Shown here: piece after piece, positions 56,227 through 64,000 of the stretch
How the letters are laid out: each line of letters opens with the position of its first letter
Numbering within the stretch: the first letter of the stretch is position 1
Source of the DNA: Oikopleura dioica
Lineage: Eukaryota > Animalia > Chordata
DNA: 64,000 nt
Direction of reading: 5' to 3'
Assembly (NCBI GenBank): GCA_907165135.1
Contig: OU015570.1
Coordinates: 2,811,929 to 2,875,928 of the forward strand
Translations under genes and position numbers: made by a program
Notes under the pieces: model-generated
Databases searched by the model: none
What the model saw: the letters and a program-made list of their open reading frames with translations, nothing else
What the model was told of the DNA's origin: nothing

Positions 56227-56658
56227 AAATAAATTTCAATCATAAATACATGAGAGGTCAACATTGACTATCTTTTCGAAAAAAGCCAATTCTAGACCGC
56301 GCTCAAAGCCAAAAAAGCTAAGATATTCAAATTCTCTCAAAAGCTGAAGATAGAGCAAAGTTAGATCTAGCAACATTTTTCTTAAAAAATTTTTTCGTCA
56401 GTAAATTTTCGCGGTAGAGAGCGAAACACCAAGCGATCTCATCAAAAATCGCCATTTTTGCCTATTCGCGTCCTCAAATTTCTCGAATCACGTGACTAGC
56501 CAAATCTTTTATTCCATTTTAAGATAGTTCAACCCTTTTTCTCGCAATATCTATGAGGAAATTTCGTTAGCATAAGTAAAAACAGGTTTTACTTATTTGA
56601 AGTGGCTCTCGAAAATCACTTACATGTATCTTCGGAAAATCTAGTTCTACCCCCTTAA

Positions 56659-57085
56659 CCGTATCTCGAGCGCGAGCACACTTTCTGAGCTCGCGATAGT
56701 TGTTGTATTACGATTTTCTTCCATTTTTGAGATAATCAAAAAATTCAAAAAAACTTAGAATCTTTCGCTATTTTTACGTTTACAACAGATTTCTTCGAAA
56801 AAAATTATCAACTGCTTTTCGAATTAAACGTAAAATTGTCCGTAAAAATGCGAATTTTTGTCTCTAGATGGCCTTTATTGTAACAAATTTGAGTGAAAAA
56901 GAGACATTTTCTCTCTAGACCGGGCTGACATGTCGTCTCTGAGACTTGGAAAACAGGAGGAGAAGCCTCTTGAAAGAAAATAATGCGTTCTAATTGGTTA
57001 GATTTGCTTAAATTTTCTCTAGAGGCCGAGCTCAAAAATTGTGCTCGCGTCCGAGAATGGGTGATCGCAAGTGCTCGAGCTACGG
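56659..57085. mobile_element. piggyBac-like MITE, 427 bp
   Basis: TTAA|CCGTATCTCGAGC ... GCTCGAGCTACGG|TTAA (12/13 TIR). Confidence 0.78.
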
Positions 57086-58271
57086 TTAATTTGATGCAAG
57101 TATTATATCAAGTTTTCGTGTATCGACGATACAGTATCGTTAGTCAAACATAAGAAACTAGCTGGAAGAGTTAAATGAAAAGTTTGATTGCATCGAGTAG
57201 GTCTGCCAGACGCCAGAAAACTACGAGTATGTCGCATTGACGGGTGGCGGGCGGCCCCGTTCAAAATCGTTTTTTGGGCCGATTTTTTGAACGGCGTTCA
57301 AAAATTCCGAAGAATATTGTTCAGAAAATTGACTCAAATGATAAACATCGTGTAAGTAGAGGAAGTTGGCATCATATTTGATGAGTTTTCTTGCAAATCA
57401 GGCGCGGAGCGCATATGAGCTCATTTTTATGAAGATTTTTGGAAATTTTTTGAACGGCGTTCAAAATTTAGAACGTAGCCGCCCTACACCCGCGTTGACT
57501 CATCGCAATTTTGAACATACAAGGAAGTTTCAGCCAGAACCAATTTCATATTAAACCCAAATGATTATAATATCGACTGATTATTAAGTAGGGTTCATAA
57601 AGAACGCAAAATAAGTTATGATCTGCTAAGAAAAATTTTTTCCTTATTTGAGAAAATTTTTGAGCAAAAATGATATCGTCGGCAGCCAAAAAGCGTTCAT
57701 TGAAAAAGCCCACGCAATCGAAACCCTCATTAGCACAGAGCCTCACTGGCACAAAAGCCTCTTTTGCACATATTGTGAAAATAAAGCTCTTGTGCAGATG
57801 AGGCTCTGTGCAAATAGAGCTATTTTTTTTGGAAAATTATCAGTGATTCAAGGCGAATCTATTGGTCGCCTTTATTTTTTTCCATCTGATTGCTAAAAAT
57901 TTTTTGAAGGAAATGGACGAAAAAGGGATGAATAACAATAGAGATTCTTCCCCAAAAAAAAAATTACAATGATTTTTCGGTCATGCTTTGTTTGTGTGAG
58001 CCGTCATAATCAGATAAAGTTAATATTGGTACGATCTTTACGGTCAGCGATTTTAAGGTTATTTCGGTCATCAGTTGTCTTTTTAGTTATCCTTAGCGCT
58101 ACTCTCATCTCAGCAACAAACCGAAACGGTTTATTGACCGAGAATTATCACAGAGTGTAAGAGATAATTTGATTGCTGCGGAATTTTAAGGCGTGTTTAG
58201 ACAAGAAGATAAAAAAGAATTTCGATGCGTTTTTCGGTGTTTTTTTTATTTAAGTAAGTAATTTTGGTCAA

Positions 58272-58699
58272 CACTGGTTATGTCGCAAAATGTCGCCGAA
58301 TGTCGCCGAATGTCGCCGAATGTCGCCGAATGTCGCCACCTATTTTCGAAAACCAGGATTTTTGAAGAGAAAACTTGTTTTTAACCCAGAAATTTCAAAA
58401 CAAACTTGTTCTAGAATTTTTTTAGCATAGATTCGAGACAAGGAAGCGCTCCGCGCGATTTGTGGTAGAAAACTCACTGGTCGGGCTGGACTCACGTCTA
58501 TTGCCGCGCCTCCTACTATTACCGCCTTATTCGTTTCTAGAACAAGTTTGTATTGAAAATTTAGGCCTAAAAAAACAATTTTTCTTTCATAATACCTATT
58601 TTTTAAAATATGTGGCGACATTCGGCGACATTCGGCGACATTCGGCGACATTCAGCGACAATCGGCGACATTCGGCGACATTCGGCGACATAACCAGTG
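58272..58699. mobile_element. MITE with CACTG termini and 10-bp subterminal tandem repeats
   Basis: CACTGGTTATGTCGC / GCGACATAACCAGTG; (TGTCGCCGAA)n on the left and its complement on the right; no TSD seen. Confidence 0.75.
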
Positions 58700-59051
58700 C
58701 GCCCCGTAATTTTAAATGCTTAAGTAGTTTTCAATGCATTTCGAAGCGTTTATAAATTTTCTAAAAATATTTATCGACGATTTCAGGAAAATTTTCTTAA
58801 AAGTGATTATTAATGCATTCTAGGGGTAGGGTACACGGTCAAGTCTCAGAATCGGTTCTTGACCATTTCTTCTGAATCTTCATGAAATTCTGAGCAAAAC
58901 ACCCTGTATGAGTATTTTCTCTATCTCGACCCATTTTCGCAAAAATTGCAGTTGTAAATGGTAAAATTAATGCATTTTGGCTAGAAGGCGGAAATTTTAA
59001 AATTTTTACAATTAAAATGGACAGAAAATCGTGAGCGTGCATCCGTCTAAC

Positions 59052-61730
59052 GAATAGGGTAAAAATCAAATAAATATTTAAACCCGCTTTTACGCAATAT
59101 AAGCTAAATTGCATTCCAAAAAGACTAGAAAATATTTTTACCAATATTTTTTCGTTTGATGCTGATTTGCATTCAAAAAAGTCCAAAAATATTTTAACCC
59201 CTTTTCTCGCGTTTTGAGCTGATTTGCAGTCCAAAAAAAATTGACCCTTTTTTTTGACAGCAACACAGGCGGAAATTCGAAAAAACAGGCTTTAATATTT
59301 TTTAAATTTCTTGGACTTATTATCAACTTTAAACCGTGCACGCAGTGCATCAGTGTCACGCATAGACTGGGTCCGTACACAAAAATTCTAACTTTTTTAT
59401 CCATCAAGTAAATGATTTATAATTTTTAGGGGTTAATTAGATGGCCTTAACAAATATAAAAAAAAACATTTTTTCATAAATTTTGAAAAAGGGTTGAGGA
59501 GTAAATCGCCAAAATAGGCTGAAAAAAGGCCTTCTCCATCGATTTAAAAAAATTATATAATTTCAAGTTATGTAAAAAGGGGGATTTTTACTTTAATCTT
59601 CCATAAAAAAGTTTGAAACACGTAGAGAACATGTTCAAATTGACGAAGAAAGCTCAGGAATGCGCCTTTTTGCGGCGTGCCGCGCGTGCAGCGCCTCACT
59701 TTTCTTATTTGGATGTCGTAGGGTGAGACTCAACGTAATCATGATGGTGACTCAACGTAAAAAGAAAAATACCACGCTCAGAATAATTTGAAAATATAAA
59801 AGGTTTTTTATTTATATTAATTAAATGTAAACTCATTAAAATTAAGTCTTTAAATAATAAAATAAATTTAGAATAAAAACAAATTTTAATTTGAATAAAA
59901 TATTAATCTTTTTTTAATAAATCATATTATGAATTAATAGTAAATTATAATTTCTCAGCCCCATCCATGGCAAATTTAAATTAAGGTGCTTGACGGCCCT
60001 TCGGGCCGTCTCATCCCCATTCCTGGCAAATTTAAATTAAGGGGCCTGACAAAGGCCGGTCCAGTCCCCAACCCCTCCCACTCCCTTTTCCAAATTTATT
60101 TTTATTCAACCGTTTTTATTTTTTCTTATGGTTTATGTTTAATTTTAAAAAAGCTCCCCTCACCCATAATTTGTCTTGAAAATTATTTATCAATATCAAA
60201 TGATTATTATTTTTGAAAAAACTAAGAGAGCTTTATTATCTAGCTCTCAAATTTTCGCAAATTTGCGCGGCCACATCGGCGAAATTTACAGTTTTTTGTA
60301 AATTACGGGCGAGGGAGTGGGTGTTTCAGATTTTTAAAACGAATTTGAGTTAAGCTCGTTCTTCCGGTCATATTTGTACCTTCAAATTTTTTGAAGTCGA
60401 TGGAGAGCATATTGAACCCGAAAATGCCCATTATTGACTCATCATATCTTTTCAACCCTTTAGTTTAGGAAAAATTAGAAGAGCAAAATCACTTAGATAA
60501 ACTGTTTTTTAATAATAACATATATAATAATATATATAATAATAACATTATAATATAACATATTAGAAAATCAAAAGATCGAGCGATTATTTCGGGTACC
60601 TAATTTTTGTGTACGGACCCTACCCATAGGGTAAAAATCAAATATATATTCAAACTCGCTTTCACGCAATTTAAGCTAAATTGCATTCCAAAAAACTAGA
60701 AAATATTTTTACCCATGTTTTTCGTTTGATGCTGATTTGCAGTCAAAAAGTCCAAAAATATTTTATCCCCTTTTCTCGCGTTTTGAGCTGATTTGCAGTC
60801 CAAAAATAATTGACCTTTTTTGACAGCAAATCAGGCGGAAATTCGAAAAACAGGCTTTAATATTTTTTGAATTTCTTGGACTTATTATCAACTTTAAACC
60901 GTGCACGCAGTGCATCCGTGTCACGCATAGACGCGCTTTTTTACGGTTGGATTCTTATAACATTTGATTGAGTTAACCAAATCTGGAGTTTTTGGGATCA
61001 AAATGATCCTCTCGAAAAATTATAATTTTCTAATGCATTAGATTTTGAAAATTAAGTACCAATTTTCCGGAAATGATTTTAGGTACTCTAAAATATCGTT
61101 AGATCGGGACGAAACTAGTACCAGAAAGATCGCCAGAAATTTTCATGAAGAATGGTACTCAATTTGCTTCGTTTCGAACGTGTCCTTACAAAATAGACGG
61201 TAATTGTATTTCAGTACTTTTGGGTATCTTGAGATTGTGATAAAATGCTCAAAAAGATAGATTATAGTCTGGTTATAGTATCAATCTTCATGAAATTTTA
61301 TGGCGATCTTTTGGTACTAGTTTCGTCCCGATTGAACAACATTTAGGGGTACCTAAAATCACTTCCGGAAAATTGGTACCTAATTTTCAAAAACTAATGC
61401 ATTGGAAAATTTTTATTTTTCGAGAGGATCACTTTGAGCCCATAAACTCCAGGTTTGATTAACTCTATCAAAAGTTATAAAATCCAACCGCAAAAAAGCG
61501 CGTCATAGGGTAAAAATCAAAAAATATTTAAACCCGCTTTTACGCAATTTAAGCTAAATTGCATTCCAAAAATCTAGAAAATATTTTTACCCATGTTTTT
61601 TTCGTTTGATGCTGATTTGCAGTCCAAAAAGAAAATTGACCCTTTTTTTGACAGCAACATAGGCGGAAATTCGAAAAAACAGGCTTTAATATTTCTTTGA
61701 ATTTCTTGGACTTATTATCACCTGAAAACT
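59052..61730. repeat. Three direct copies of a ~250-320-bp repeat (~59052, ~60626, ~61505) separated by TIR elements
   Basis: Unit begins ATAGGGTAAAAATCAAA. TIR pair GGGTCCGTACACAAAAATT at ~59369 and ~60620; foldback element 60930-61504 with ~220-bp arms. Confidence 0.75.
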
Positions 61731-64000
61731 ATTTTTTGAAAAATATATTCAAACTCGTTTTTGGCGTTTGTTGGTCATTTTGAATCCATTTTTATCGCAA
61801 AATGATTGTGACCCGTTTTTTCGTTTTCAGGTGATACTGAGTGCAAAAATTCAAAAATATTTTAACCTGCTTTTCTGCGTTTTCAGATTGAAAACAGTTT
61901 TTGTATTTTTGGACTAAACATCAGCTTATAGTGCAAAAACGGGAAAAAGAACAGGTTAAATTGACTTTAACCTCTAACGGACCGTTAGGCTCGCCATGAA
62001 ATCTTGAAGTCGCGAGCGAGTATGTTTTTCTGATTCCCCATGTTCTAAAACCCAAAAGTCTCCATATAACCACACCCTTAAACTCAGCCAAAAAATTTTA
62101 GAGGGAATTTTTGATAAAAATGGCTCTTTTTCGGGGTCTCATTGCTTAACCGAAAAAATAAACAAAGAAAACCTCTCAAAACTCCTTATATTTGATATAA
62201 ATATAAAGCTGAGAGTCTGAGCTTTAATTAGCAGTATTGGTTCGGGCTCTATCTAAGAATTTTTAGCGAAAAAATGGCCTTTTTGAGAAAAATCAAAAAT
62301 TGACGTTATTTTTTATCAATCATTTAATTTTTTCTGTAGTTTACTTCGATTCTCCCCAGATCTGAGACTAGACTCTTACAGAATGAAGCCTTGCGCTTCT
62401 TTCAAGTAGTTTGCCGGGTCGGGAAAACTTGGGGAACTCGAGATATCCAAGGTTTTCTGGTTAAAATTAGGCCGAAAAACTGTGAATTTGAGGGATTTTA
62501 AGTAGGATTTTATTTGGATTTCTGGGCAAAATCTTGATCCCAACTTCGTAAATAGCTTATTCAAAAGAGCATAAAAAGTTATGCTCGAAAAATTGAAAAA
62601 TGTTGAAATTTCCGGAGAAATGACGTCATGGCACGTGATCGAAGTCCGAAAACAGGATTTTGGACCTAGCTCTAGAATTTTTCCCCAAGACTTACGGCTG
62701 ACAGAGACATATCATACGAATCAGGAAAAAACGGGGATCATTTTAAGGTGCAATTCGTAGGGGAGAATTGACATCGACTTTTTTTTGGCGAGTCTAACCC
62801 TTTCATGTTTTTCCGCGCTTTCATCTGATTTGCAGGCCAAGAAAATATTTTTTCCGGTTTTTTCATTCATAGCTGATTAGGAGAGAGGCTGCGAACAAAA
62901 TTCTGGCTTAAAACGAAGTTTTGACCACATTTTTGCACGATTTACGATAACCATCACTAAATAAATTATCTGACGATTTTTACTTTGGAGACTTTGAAGA
63001 TAGGTGAAACTATTTTTCATCGAAAATTATTGTTATTCTTGAAAATTCTCTCAATTTTCCGTCTAAAAGTATAAATTTATAAAAAAAGATTGCTCTCGAA
63101 TTCTGCTTGGGAGACGCAAATGAAAATTTCAGTATAAGGGTCGAAATTATTTTGCGCCGTGAAGGGCTTTCAAATCACCTGGATACGCCAAAAACGGATT
63201 TTAATTTTTTGATGTTTTTGACTGCAAACCGCGAAAATACGAGAAAAATATTTTTAATTTTTTGAGCTTATTATCGCCTTAAATGCCAAAAACGGGTCAA
63301 AACCTGTTCTTAAAGCCGTTTTTTTCATTTAGCGGATTCACAGTCAAAAATAAAAAATATTTAAACCCGTTATCTTGCGTTATCAGGAGATTTTAAGTCA
63401 ATTTGATATCGAAAGCAAAATGTCCTAAGAATGTCTCTCAACTGCTAGAATGCAAATCACATGCGATAAAATAGAAACTCAATTTTTAATTAAAACGATG
63501 TGGCGGTGGATGTATTTGTGGAAAGAATGATTTTTCGAAAGCAGAAATTTTTGAAATTTCATATGCAGATGTTTTTCAATAACAATAACATTTCCATAAA
63601 AGGAAAATTTCGCGTCCTCGTTGTTTTTCATTCGCAGCGCGCATTACGCGCGATTGTTTTTCTTTCCCAAATGCTCCAAATAACCGCACCAAACACCACC
63701 AAATCGCTTCTTTTCTTATCACTGCAACTCAAGATTCTCACTATGTGACCTCAAGAATTGACAGTAATTTCCAGTTTTAGTCCAGATCTAAATTCGTCGT
63801 CGTTTCCATAGCAAGTTTCGTTGTCCAAGTGGTAGTTGTTGTAGTTGTTGTCATCACCGTCGTCCGAAATGGCCGTTGTGTAGTTGCGTAACAAGCTCAA
63901 AAGTTTGGATTACCTAGAGGCGCTCATTTCCGCGGTTGACCGTTTTGGCATTTTCTTGCCCGGGCACTTTGCGGAAAGCCGGACATAAACCACCAATTTT

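Noticed and set aside
58061-58080. CTGATGA-CC-GAAA on the minus strand as a hammerhead
   Set aside because: No stem II and no convincing stems I or III.
63750-63900. Thr-rich or Asp/Asn-rich minus-strand frame near the window end
   Set aside because: Low complexity, two competing frames, and no start or splice support within the window.

Overview
Eukaryotic, AT-rich window made almost entirely of nested transposable elements. I found no intact host protein gene, only one intact tRNA-Ile gene carried inside a transposon. The 41-42 bp spliceosomal introns and env-bearing Ty3/gypsy elements suggest an appendicularian tunicate such as Oikopleura (Tor-type elements); this species call is inference. 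In order along the window: (1) a non-autonomous LTR element (1129-3893); (2) a hAT transposon with an intact spliced transposase (4655-9150), mostly duplicated in tandem (to 14575); (3) decayed gypsy-RT and pogo remnants; (4) a near-intact minus-strand Ty3/gypsy element (18689-26173) with a CCCH-finger Gag, an in-frame UGA-CUA gag/pol junction and an unknown third ORF; (5) a Penelope-like element split by a 25.5-kb LTR element (27009-52511). That element has gag, pol, an intact 780-aa class I fusion env, further unknown ORFs, a decayed SGNH esterase and about 10 copies of a 15-bp palindrome confined to its spacers. It hosts a 10.4-kb cargo-carrying MULE and a 1.56-kb tRNA-carrying TIR element. 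(6) Two minimal hammerhead ribozymes and many MITEs follow in the last 10 kb. All protein assignments are by-eye motif recognition; no database searches were run.
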